This document shows positions 52,274 to 64,000 of a stretch of DNA of 64,000 nucleotides, in pieces. The stretch spans positions 17,608,001-17,672,000 of the forward strand of contig NC_043004.1 in the NCBI RefSeq assembly GCF_006345805.1, in the 5' to 3' direction. Every line of letters begins with the position of its first letter. Position 1 is the first letter of the stretch. Origin of the DNA: Octopus sinensis. Lineage: Eukaryota. The position numbers and the translations under genes are program-made. A model generated the notes under the pieces. It had not been told where the DNA came from. It saw only the letters and a program-made list of their open reading frames with translations, and did no database searches.

Positions 52274-52717
52274 CATTATTATTATTATTATGTCATCTTA
52301 TTCGTGCAGCCGAGCACAAGAGCCGATGGACAGGAAATTCTATCAAAAGGACTTGTAAAATATTTTTGCCAGATGCCTGAAGCTATCAATTCTTAGAAAT
52401 TGGCCCTCTACCATAATTTTTGAAATACTTGGGCTATGTTTTGGGGCGGTGATGTCTTCTGAAGTCTCTTCTTTTATTTTTTTTCACATACATTCAGTTT
52501 GAAAGCCGCCTTGTTCACGTTGTTGTCTATTCCTAGTAATCTATGATCGAAAGCATATACGAAGTGATGGTTAACATTTTAAAAGTCATAGCTTATTCAA
52601 GATCATACAAATTTAAAACCGCAAGGTCACATTTAAGGGAATTTCTCTTCTGAGGACGACCATTGTTTCATCAACCATCCACATGTGACTTCAGAAGTTC
52701 CTCATCTCTTGTCTCGC

Positions 52718-52924
52718 TCTCTTTTACTCTTTTACTTGTTTCAGTCATCTGACTGTAGCCATGCTGGAGCACCGCCTTTAGTCGAGCAAATCGACCCCAG
52801 GACTTATTCTTTGTAAGCCTAGTACTTATTCTATCGGTCTTTTTTGCCTGCTGAACATTGTCAAACGATGTGTTGGGGAACAAACACAGACACAAAACAT
52901 ATGCACACACACACACACACACCA

Positions 52925-52987
<63 letters not shown>

Positions 52988-53070
52988 ATACGACGTGCTT
53001 CTCTCAGTTTCCGTCTACCAAATCCACTCACAAAGCATTGGTCGGTCCGAAGCTAGCAGAAGACACTCGT
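52718..53070 (-). mobile_element. SINE family B, head lost
   Basis: Tail and body consensus. Confidence 0.85.
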
Positions 53071-54019
53071 CTGTAAACGTTAGTTCTTGTTAAATGATTT
53101 TCTTTTTGCCTTCGAAAAAGTCAGCGAGTTATTTAACTTCAAAGACGTGTGTGTGTGTGTGTGTGCGCGCATGTGTGCATGTGCATGTGTGTGTCTGTGT
53201 TATTTTGTATTTCTCAACGAATTGTAGCGCAACTCTTTCATTAGTAATAACTTCGTTAGTAAAGTTTCATTTTTATCAAGCATTAGAGATGTTTACGTTT
53301 CTATTTATTTGAATATCTGATTTTTCTTCGAAATCCTGTATAAATGGATTGCTTTTGTTCCTGAATTAATACTGCGGCTATATTTACATTCCTCGGTGAC
53401 TATGACAACTGTTGCAGCCGTCACTTGCTGTATCTTGTTTCCAGAATGTCGATAATATCCCATAGCATTCGCTAGATTCATTCTTGTTATTTTCATTCTG
53501 TTTCATCTTTGCAAAAGTATTTATTCCTTTTGGTAAGAGATAAATCTATTATCTTTAATTGTTTTATTATTTTTCCCATTATTTATGCTTCATACACAGC
53601 TGTACATTTATTCTTATATTCTTGTTGATATTATGCTTCCCTATTTTTGCGGTTTGTCACTGTTCGTATTATCTCTGACTATTCTATAGTTATGCTATGA
53701 TTCGTTGGTTTCTTTTTGTTGTGATTTAGATTTTCATTTGTCAAGAACACATTTCTTATTCGTGTATTTTTCTTTTGTTTATATTTCGAAGCTTTTCATT
53801 TCTACTATACACTGTCTTGCCTTTGGTGTTTTTGCTACTTGTGTTTTCAACTTATATCCTATTTTTAACTCTTTATCTTTATATTTGATATTTTCCTTTC
53901 AGTTTTACGCGTCTATCGTGTAAAGCTAAATGTTATCTTAGCATCGAAGTTTGACTTTTTAAATAAGGCGATATATTCTTTACCACTCGGAAGTTAAAGC
54001 GTAATACGTAGAAAAGCAG

Positions 54020-54033
54020 GTGATGGGGGACAA

Positions 54034-54069
<36 letters not shown>

Positions 54070-54232
54070 GTATATACGAAAGGCTTCTTTCAGTTTCCGT
54101 TTACCAAATCCACTCACAAGGCTTTGGTCAGCTCGAGGCTATAGTAGAAAACACTTGCCCAAGGTGCCACACAGCGGGACTGAACCTGGAACCATGTGGC
54201 TGGGAAGCAAGCACCTAACCACAGCCACTCGG
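54020..54232 (-). mobile_element. SINE family B, 5' half
   Basis: Head and core consensus. Confidence 0.85.
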
Positions 54233-54444
54233 ACACAAAAATGATAAAAATCTTTTATGGCAGAAAATAAACAATTCCTAGCTCTTTTCATTCTCCGTGA
54301 AGTAGTGATGGCGTTTCTGAAAGTTCGTCCATCAGTTATTTCACCTGTCTATCGAATGGAGTAGTTTATTTACTAATCTTTTAGTAAATATAACAATTAA
54401 CTGTCGATAATAGAAAAGTACACTTTCAACGATAAACGAAAAAG

Positions 54445-54670
54445 TACGTGGGGTTTGCTGAAAATTTCCTGGCTTAAAGATATCGCGAAACCCTTGGTTG
54501 GATACCCAATCTCCCGAGTTCTTTTACAGGGCTTAGAAAAACTGAAGGACCACCGCAATAAGTGTGTGAATCTGAGAGAAGAATATGTTGAAAAAACAAA
54601 AAACATAATTAACTGATCCTCCAATATTTTCTTTTAACGAAAGCCAGGAACTTTTCAGCACCCTCTCGTT
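54445..54670. mobile_element. Mariner-derived MITE, second copy
   Basis: TTTGCTGAAAATTTCCTGGC / GCCAGGAACTTTTCAGCACCC; homologous to 4050-4264. Confidence 0.72.
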
Positions 54671-54859
54671 CATGATATTTTTCGCTTGATTCTAAGGAAT
54701 TTCTTTCTATTTCATTGGAATCATCGACCGCCAATTTGATATATTTCTAGTTAATAATTTTACAGTTAGTTGTTAATTAGTGATTGATTAAAAACTGTAA
54801 CAAGTTTCATAATTAGTGATTGGTTAAAAACTATAACAAGTTTCATATTTTGCTATAGG

Positions 54860-55330
54860 GACAACAAGTTTAGGGGACTGGCAAATCGGATACATAAAAA
54901 CAACTTTATTTTATCTACGCCGAAAGGATAAAAGGTAGAGACGATGTCGGTGGAATTTGAACTCAGAACGTAAAACCGGACGAAATGCCGCGAAGTATTT
55001 CTCCCCACCCCACCCCTTGTGCTAACGATTCTGACATCTGGCTGCCTTTAGCGTTATTAATAATAAATAACTTATTTTAATGTCCCAACAACGTCAGGTT
55101 CACAGACATGTCTCATCTTTCTGCCTTATCTATCGATAATATAGCGATTACTAAGGCGGCGAGCTGGCAGAAACGCTAGTACTCCGGGCGAAATGCTTAG
55201 CGGTATTTCGTCTATCTTTACGTTCCGAGTTCAAATTTCGCCGAGGTCGACTTTGCCTTTCATTCCTTCGGGGTCTATAAATTAAGTACCAGTTGCGTAC
55301 TGAGGTCGGTCTAATCGATTGCCTCCCCCC
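54860..55330. mobile_element. Two family A SINEs head-to-head (minus ~54860-55050, plus ~55155-55330)
   Basis: Consensus heads facing a ~100-bp spacer. Confidence 0.8.
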
Positions 55331-56064
55331 CACCAAGACACACACACACACACACACACATATGACGGTTTTTCAGTTTCCGTAAGCCAAATCTACTCAC
55401 AAGGCTTTGAACGTCCGAGATTATAGTAGACAATTGATCAAGGTGCCAGCAGTGGGACTGAATCCTGAACCATGTGGCGTTGGAAAGCAAACTTCTTGTC
55501 ACACAATTTCATATTTAGTGAATGTAGCTTTGACTAGAAGGAATTGACGTTATCAGACGGTGACCAACGAGTATAGTATGTCTCGTTCCTGGTCTGTAAT
55601 AACCTTCCGTTCGTGGGTTAGCAGTGGCCAGTCACCGCCCGTATTCTCCTCCAGCCAACCAGTGACTCTACTACCTCTCTCATCCTGCCTACAGCTACCT
55701 TCCACCTTCTTTATCCCATTCCATTAACTGTAAACATATACTACACTGGTTGGCCAGAGGAACTTCTACAGCAAGCCTCGACTTGGAATCAAGTTTTGCT
55801 ACTTGCCACGCTTCCATTAAAAAATTTGATCGCGTCCTTCTTTTTACGGAATAGAAAGCTTGATAACAAATAGGCGTGTAATAAGTGCATTTGTTTCAAA
55901 TTCGGGTGGGGGGGGGTAAGTCGATTGCATCGACCCCGGCGGAATTTGATATGAGAAAGTAAGGACGGACGAAATCCCGCTAATACATTTTGTCTGCGTA
56001 CTAACGATTACGCCAGCTGGCCGCCTTTCTCTAAAATTATATCATGAACACTCTTTTTCTACTC

Positions 56065-56635
56065 TAGGTGCAAGGCCCGAAATTTTTAGAGAAGGGGCTA
56101 GTTGATTGGATCGACCAACTTAGCAAGTGGTACTTTATGTATCGATCCCCGAAAGGATGAAAGCAGAGTCGACCTCGGCGGAATTTGAACTCAGAACGTA
56201 GCGACAGACGAAATACCAATTTCTTTACTACCCACAAGGGGCTAAACACAGAGGGGACAAACAAGGACAGACAAACGGATTAAGTCGATTATATCGACCC
56301 CAATGCATAACTCGTACTTATTTAATCGACCCCGAAAGGATGAAAGGCAGAGTCGACCTCGGTGAAATTCGAACTCAGAATGTAACGACAGTCGAAATAC
56401 CTATTTCTTTACTACCCACAATGGGATAAACACCGAGAGGACAAACAAGGACAGACAAATGGATTAAGTCGATTATATCGACCCCCAGTGCGGAACTGGT
56501 ACTTAATTTATCGACCCCGAAAGGATGAAAGGCAAAGTCGACCTCGGCGGAATTTGAACTCAGAACGTAACGGCAGACGAAATACGGCTAAGCATTTCGC
56601 CCGGCGTGCTAACGTTTCTGCCAGCTCGCCGCCTC
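56065..56635 (-). mobile_element. Concatemeric family A SINE (one head, three ~183-bp bodies)
   Basis: Repeated GAAATACC-TATTTCTTTACTACCCAC junctions. Confidence 0.85.
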
Positions 56636-57199
56636 AATTCTATTACGAATACTATGAAAAGAATATTTTATTTGCCAACGTAATTTGAATTTACTCATGA
56701 ATGTACTTGATGTTCTAACAGAAGCAAACATTATTGTAAAATTATTTTCTAGCATGAGATTTTATAACAAATACATCGTCTCTGTGAATGCTACATTGAC
56801 AAAGCAATATGGAGAGAGAAAGAGGAAGAGAGCGAGAGAATGAGAGAGAACTTTTTACAGGGTTGATTTACACTTTTATTAGATTGAAGTTTGTTTTTGT
56901 TAGCAGTGATTGGTATTTAACAAATATCAATTACTTATTTATTATACACGGAACTTATAACGTATTGGTTTACTTTAGAATTAAATAATTGGATTAGATG
57001 GGATGGTCGTTTGCTTTTCCTATCGATTAACTACTGTCAGAGCGAATATAATTTGCCATTTAATGACGTTCTTGTTAATCTGTAATTAATGGATATATAT
57101 TATTTATTCACGATGCGACAAATATCTTAAAAAAGTAATTATCAAAGCGCAGGAAGTTGCTGTGTAGGCGCGGGCATAGTCGTATTATGAGGAAGCTCG

Positions 57200-57765
57200 A
57201 AGGCAGCGACCTGGCAGAAACGTTAGCACGCCGGGCGAAATGTATAGCCGTATTTCGTCTGCTGTTACGTTCGGAGTTCGAATTCCGCCGAGGTCGACTT
57301 TGCCTTTCATCCTTTCGGGGTCGATTAAAGAAGTACCAGTTACGCACTAGGCTCCATATAATCGACTTAATCCGTTTGTCTGTCCTTGTTTGTCCCCTCT
57401 GTGTTTAGCCCCTTGTGGATAGTAAAGAGATAAGTATTTCGTCTGCCGTTACGTTCTGAGTTCAAATTCCGCGGAGGATGACTTTGCCTTTCATCCTTTC
57501 GGGGTCGATAAAATAAATACCAGTTACGCACTGATGTCGATGTAATCGACTTAATCCGTTTGTGTGTCCTTGTTGCCACCTCTGTGTTTAGCCCCTTGTG
57601 GGTAGTAAAGAAATAGGTATTTTGCACGTAACTACGTTCTGAGTTCAAATTCCGCTGACATTGACTTTGCATTTCATCCTTTTGGGATCGATGAAATAAG
57701 CACCAGTTTAACACTGGGATCGATGCAGTCGACTTATCCCCTCCTATGAAAATTCGGGCCTTGTG
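57200..57765 (+). mobile_element. Concatemeric family A SINE (one head, three bodies)
   Basis: ...CCCCTTGTGGGTAGTAAAGAAATA-GGTATTT... junctions. Confidence 0.85.
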
Positions 57766-57769
57766 CATA

Positions 57770-57984
57770 TACTCTTTTACTTGTTTGAGTCATTTAACTG
57801 TGGCCATGCTGGAGCACCGCCTTTTATTCGAGCAAATCAACCCCAGGACTTATTCTTTGTAGGCCTAGTATATATTGTATCGGTCTCTTATGCCAAACCG
57901 TTAAGTTACAGGTACGTAAACACACTAGCATCGGTTGTCAAGCGATGTTGGGGGGGGGACAAACACAGACACACACACACACAC

Positions 57985-58033
<49 letters not shown>

Positions 58034-58182
58034 GACGGGCTTCTTTCAGTTTCCCTCTACGAAATCCACTCACAAGGCTTTGGTCGGCCCGAGGCTATAG
58101 TAGAAGACACTTGCCCAAGGTGCCACGCAGTGGGACTGAACCCGGAACCATGTGGTTGGTAAGCAAGCTACTTTCCACACAA
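57770..58182 (-). mobile_element. SINE family B (a degenerate plus-strand copy follows at ~58190-58460)
   Basis: Consensus match. Confidence 0.88.
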
Positions 58183-58599
58183 TGATTAGGAAGTACGATT
58201 TATAAACGCTTGCTTTTGGGTTCCGTCCCACTGCGTTGCGCCTTGGACAAGTTTGTTTTCTCCCTCGACTGAGCCGACCAATGCCGTGTGAATTAATTTT
58301 GTAAAAGGAAACTGTGTAGAAAATCATCATGTATACACACACATGCACATACACACAGACGCACGCGTATATATATACATTTGTGTGTGTGTGTTTGTGA
58401 TTGTTTGTGTGTGCGTATGTTTGTCTCCCACCGCACACACACATACACATTCACACATATACGACTGGCTTCTTTCAGTTTCCGTCTACCATGTCCATTG
58501 ACAAGATTTTGTTTGGCTCACCGTTATAGCAGAAAACACTTGCTCAAGGTACCAGGCAATGTAACTGAACCCGGAAGCGTATAGTTGGGAATCAAGCTT

Positions 58600-59035
58600 C
58601 TTATTTCTTTATTGCCCACAAGGGGCTAAACATAGAGGGGAAAACAAGGACAGACAAAGGCATTACGTGAATTACATCGACCCCAGTGCGTAACTGGTAC
58701 TTAATTTATCGACCCCAAAGGGATGAAAGGCAAAGTCGACCTCGGCGGAATTTGAACTTAGAACGTAACGGCAGACGAAATACCTATTTCTTTACTACTC
58801 ACAAGGGGCTAAACACAGAGGAGACAAACAAGACAGACAAACGGATTAAGTCGATTACATCGACCCCAGTGCGTAACTGTTATTATTTAATCAACCCCGA
58901 AAGGATGGAATGCAAAGTCAACCTCGGCGGAATTTGAACTCAGAACGTAACGGCAGACTAAATACCGCTATGTATTTCGCCCGGCGTGCTAATGTTTCTG
59001 CCAGCTCACCACCTTACCACGCAGCGACGCCTGCG
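58600..59035 (-). mobile_element. Concatemeric family A SINE (one head, two bodies)
   Basis: Same tail-to-body junction at ~58780. Confidence 0.85.
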
Positions 59036-59840
59036 CTATTGAATATGATACATAAACAGCAATTTAAATATGATGCAGCTTCTGTTGTGTATAGCGTATC
59101 TTTATCCATAATTATATTATTTAATATGCTCGCTTGAAATACAATATATCAGGAAATTTTTTATCAATTCCGAGCGGCACCTACCCATAAACGCAGTTAC
59201 ATACACATGCGCATAGGCTCTCTCTCTCTCTCTCTCTCTCTCTCCGCACCTCTCTCTCTCTCTTTCACACACTCAGATACATACACGCACACACATGCTC
59301 AAAAACTGACACAAGCACGCACACTCTTCATTTCAAACTGGTTCTGAGCGAAAATGCAAGGTTCATTCTATCTTTGGCACTATATTTTATGCGTACGGGA
59401 TAGATATACCGGCTGAATAACGTAGAGAATACGCAGCTGTATAATATCAAATCATGGATTTACTGTATTATGTACGAAATTCTAAGTAGTAAAATTACAC
59501 TTTTAGAATGATATGGAAACTATGTGACATGTTACATTGAATAATATTTCTAATTTTACTCTATGTTGGAGTTGCCTACCTTGACAGCATGTCAGTGGTA
59601 CACACTTTTAACAATCTACTTCCTGTTTTTATTTCTATCTTAAATTGTTTGAAAACTATAAAGTTTACCATAGGCAGACCACAAACACACACGCAGACCC
59701 GCACATGAATACATATGTACACTTAATCCCATAAACTTATAAATATGTGCAAACACATACACACACGCAAAAAACCCTAATAACTTATGAGGATATGTGA
59801 ATGTGTATACTTCTGTGTGTGTGTGAGCATGTATATATGA

Positions 59841-59908
<68 letters not shown>

Positions 59909-59995
59909 CATATATATATGTATATATATATATGAATATATATGTATATATATATGAATATATATATATATGAGTATATATATATATGAATATAT

Positions 59996-62279
59996 ATTAT
60001 ATAAAAGGGCTTAGTAAAATAATTACTTTGCCGCATACTGAACTCGTTAGAAATAGCAGCTAAAAAACTTTTTATAAAACTATTTCCAACACTTAAAGAA
60101 AACCTCTCTCATATAGTGTTTGCTCAATTCAACTCAAGGAAGTATGGGGGTAGAGACATTAAAAAATCAATGCAAAGGTTATTTGAGTACGTACGTTTCA
60201 AGATTAGTCAAAATCGACCCTTCTCTCATCAGCTCAGAATGCCCTTGTTTGAATTTGAAAACACTGAAAATGGGAGCATACCCTTTCGCTTGTTATCGCT
60301 TCTGAAGATCTGCTCCAAACTAACAGTGCCAACAAACTCAAATATGCAAGCGAAGAAATTTCTGCTCTCCCCTTTCCACCAGCGTGGGTTAAAATCAGCA
60401 AACACTATGCTTTTTTCGGTAAAATCCGAGACATTAAGTAGAGAGAGATGAATTATAATTTCAACATTGAGGGTAAAATTAATTAATTAATAATCAATTT
60501 CACCAAGTATTCAGTATGCAAAGGGACCATTTAAGGCGAATTCAATTATTACATTATATAAAAGGGCTTAGTAAAATAAATTACTTTGCCGCATACTGAA
60601 CTCGTTAGAAATAGCAGCTAAAAAAACTTTTTATAAAACTATTTCCAACACTTAAGAAAACCTCTCTCATATAGTGTTTGCTCAATTCAACTCAAGGAAG
60701 TATGGGGGTAGAGACATAAAAAATCAAATGCAAAGGTTATTTGAGTACGTACGTTTCAAGATTATTCAAAATCGACCCTTCTCTCATCAGCTCAGAATGC
60801 CCTTGTTTGAATTTGAAAACACTGAAAATGGGAGCATACCCTTTCGGCTTGTTATCGCTTCTGAAGATCTGCTCCAAACTAACAGTGCCAACAAACTCAA
60901 ATATGCAAGCGAAGAAATTTCTGCTCTCCCCTTTCCACCAGCGTGGGTTAAAATCAGCAAACACTATGCTTTTTTCGGTAAAATCCGAGACATTAAGTAG
61001 AGAGAGATGAATTATAATTTCAACAATTGAGGGTAAAATTAATTAATTAATTAATCAATTTCACCAAGTATTCAGTATGCAAAGGAACCATTTAAGGCGA
61101 ATTCAAATTATTACATTATATAAAAGGGCTTAGTAAAATAAATTACTTTGCCGCATACTGAACTCGTTAGAAATAGCAGCTAAAAAAACTTTTTATAAAA
61201 CTATTTCCAACACTTAAAGAAAACCTCTCTCATATAGTGTTTGCTCAATTCAACTCAAGGAAGTATGGGGGTAGAGACATTAAAAAATCAAATGCAAAGG
61301 TTATTTGAGTACGTACGTTTCAAGATTAGTCAAAATCGACCCTTCTCTCATCAGCTCAGAATGCCCTTGTTTGAATTTGAAAACACTGAAAATGGGAGCA
61401 TACCCTTTCGGCTTGTTATCGCTTCTGAAGATCTGCTCCAAACTAACAGTGCCAACAAACTCAAATATGCAAGCGAAGAAATTTCTGCTCTCCCCTTTCC
61501 ACCAGCGTGGGTTAAAATCAGCAAACACTATGCTTTTTTCGGTAAAATCCGAGACATTAAGTAGAGAGAGATGAATTATAATTTCAACAATTGAGGGTAA
61601 AATTAATTAATTAATTAATCAATTTCACCAAGTATTCAGTATGCAAAGGGACCATTTAAGGCGAATTCAAATTATTACATTATATAAAAGGGCTTAGTAA
61701 AATAAATTACTTTGCCGCATACTGAACTCGTTAGAAATAGCAGCTAAAAAAACTTTTTATAAAACTATTTCCAACACTTAAAGAAAACCTCTCTCATATA
61801 GTGTTTGCTCAATTCAACTCAAGGAAGTATGGGGGTAGAGACATTAAAAAATCAAATGCAAAGGTTATTTGAGTACGTACGTTTCAAGATTAGTCAAAAT
61901 CGACCCTTCTCTCATCAGCTCAGAATGCCCTTGTTTGAATTTGAAAACACTGAAAATGGGAGCATACCCTTTCGGCTTGTTATCGCTTCTGAAGATCTGC
62001 TCCAAACTAACAGTGCCAACAAACTCAAATATGCAAGCGAAGAAATTTCTGCTCTCCCCTTTCCACCAGCGTGGGTTAAAATCAGCAAACACTATGCTTT
62101 TTTTCGGTAAAATCCGAGACATTAAGTAGAGAGAGATGAATTATAATTTCAACAATTGAGGGTAAAATTAATTAATTAATTAATCAATTTCACCAAGTAT
62201 TCAGTATGCAAAGGGACCATTTAAGGCGAATTCAAATTATTACATTATATAAAAGGGCTTAGTAAAATAAATTACTTTG
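59996..62279 (-). mobile_element. Tandem array of ~564-bp HHR-containing units (4 full plus a partial); retrozyme-like
   Basis: Units start at 59996, 60553, 61115, 61679, 62244 and are nearly identical; HHR on minus strand at 60173-60247, 60731-60805, 61295-61369, 61859-61933. Confidence 0.88.
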
Positions 62280-62880
62280 ATTAATTAATTAATTTTACCC
62301 TCAATTGTTGAAATTATAATTCATCTCTCTCTACTTAATGTCTCGGATTTTACCGAAAAAAGCATAGTGTTTGCTGATTTTAACCCACGCTGGTGGAAAG
62401 GGGAGAGCAGAAATTTCTTCGCTTGCATATTTGAGTTTGTTGGCACTGTTAGTTTGGAGCAGATCTTCAGAAGCGATAACAAGCCGAAAGGGTATGCTCC
62501 CATTTTCAGTGTTTTCAAATTCAAACAAGGGCATTCTGAGCTGATGAGAGAAGGGTCGATTTTGACTAATCTTGAAACGTACGTACTCAAATAACCTTTG
62601 CATTTGATTTTTTAATGTCTCTACCCCCATACTTCCTTGAGTTGAATTGAGCAAACACTATATGAGAGAGGTTTTCTTTAAGTGTTGGAAATAGTTTTAT
62701 AAAAAGTTTTTTTAGCTGCTATTTCTAACGAGTTCAGTATGCGGCAAAGTAATTTATTTTACTAAGCCCTTTTATATAATGTAATAATTTGAATTCGCCT
62801 TAAATGGTCCCTTTGCATACTGAATACTTGGTGAAATTGATTAATTAATTAATTAATTTTACCCTCAATTGTTGAAATTA
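62280..62880 (+). mobile_element. Inverted copy (~1.06 units) of the 564-bp HHR repeat
   Basis: Reverse complement of the array unit, joined through a TTG microhomology at 62277-62279. Confidence 0.9.
62526..62600 (+). ncRNA. Type I hammerhead ribozyme of the 564-bp unit
   Basis: CAAGGG-CATTC-TGAG-CTGATGA-GAGA..GGTC-GATTTT-GACT..TCTT-GAAAC-GTAC-GTA-CTCA-AATAA-CCTTTG: intact core, GUA triplet, bipartite stems I and II. Confidence 0.83.
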
Positions 62881-62900
62881 TATGAATATATATATATGAG

Positions 62901-62949
<49 letters not shown>

Positions 62950-63619
62950 AACAGGTGCACATAGTGTTGTTATCGATCTTTTCAAGTTAATTTAATAATA
63001 TTCTATTTGCATCTAAAATCAAGTCAGTATGAAACAAATTTAGAAAATGGTTGTACATCTTCGCATTTGTAGAATCGTTCTCTTGCGTCGCCTGCAGGCA
63101 CTTTTAGGCCATCAATGAAATTATTATCATCATTCCAGTCACACCCCACGTCTCAACCAAAAATTCTAAATTTAGAGTGACTTTTAGCATATTGAACAAA
63201 ATTATGTCTTTCTAATTAATTATTGGAAGCTACTTTGTTCATCAGACATTTCTTAAGATGTTTCTTCGATTCACAATTTATGTCTTTCTAGAGTTCCTGT
63301 TTGTGATAACATTCATTGTTGTTAATGTTGATATTTCGGTATGTTTGTTGTATAGCTGCAGGTTATTTCTGATTGAACAGACTTATGATCAAAATGCTTT
63401 CCACCCTTGGCGATCCTTTGCTTGTTATGTCAAAGATTGTGCGGTACAAAGTATCCCCGTTGTACTTGCGGACTTTGTTGCTGTTGCTGTTGTTTATTAT
63501 TTATCATCGCCGTGGTCATAGACCTAGATTTCACCAACATTGAATCAAACACCTTACAACCCAAAACAATTTTCTCCTACTTCCTCTTGTTTTTATAAAG
63601 TTTGTACACTCTACATAGG

Positions 63620-63825
63620 TTTCAAAATTGGGCACAAGGCCAGCAATTTCAGGGGAAGTGATAAGTCGATTAATTCAAACCCTCTGCTCAACTGATATTT
63701 TCCCTCGACCCCAAAAGTATGAATGGCAAAGTCGACCCCGGCGAACTAAGAACGTAAAGACGGGCGAAATACCGCAAGGCATTTTTGTCCTGCCTGTTAA
63801 CGAATTTGCCAACTCGCCGCCTTAG
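63620..63825 (-). mobile_element. SINE family A
   Basis: Consensus match with A1 tail. Confidence 0.8.
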
Positions 63826-64000
63826 CGTTCACTCTCTATCACTCACAGATTTGTTGACTATTTTGCAACGCACAATATTTCTCTTCAACTTTTGTTTCAG
63901 TTGTTCGTTCTTTTGCGCCCTTTATCAGGGTTTACGTTTGCTCTCATTATTATTTATTCCACCTGCCTTCTAATTCCTGGTATTCTTTTTCTCATATTAT

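Noticed and set aside
60116-62654. Repeated 107-aa, 89-aa and 75-aa ORFs in the 564-bp array
   Set aside because: They overlap on both strands, are broken by indels in some units and show no recognisable domain; they repeat only because the DNA repeats.
63290-63540. Minus-strand Q-rich frame (MTTAMINNKQQQQQQSPQV...)
   Set aside because: Short, interrupted by a stop, no recognisable domain or convincing splice sites.

Overview
This is AT-rich, microsatellite-dense eukaryotic DNA in which I could not support any host protein-coding gene. The SINE families and microsatellite load resemble octopus/coleoid cephalopod genomes (inference from memory, not searched). Most recognisable sequence is repetitive: three main tRNA-derived SINE families, mariner remnants and MITEs, fragments of CR1/L2-, RTE-, R4/Dong- and HERO-type LINEs, and Penelope-like elements (PLEs). 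The main signal is a set of type I hammerhead ribozyme (HHR) motifs in short elements embedded in (TA)n tracts. These include a ~564-bp non-coding tandem array at 60.0-62.9 kb with one HHR per unit (retrozyme-like) and a ~3.5-kb head-to-head Penelope GIY-YIG palindrome with an HHR in each arm. At least seven elements share one architecture: head-to-head inverted arms next to (TA)n, one arm carrying an extra 3' tail. All folds and alignments were done by eye and coordinates of degenerate repeats are approximate.
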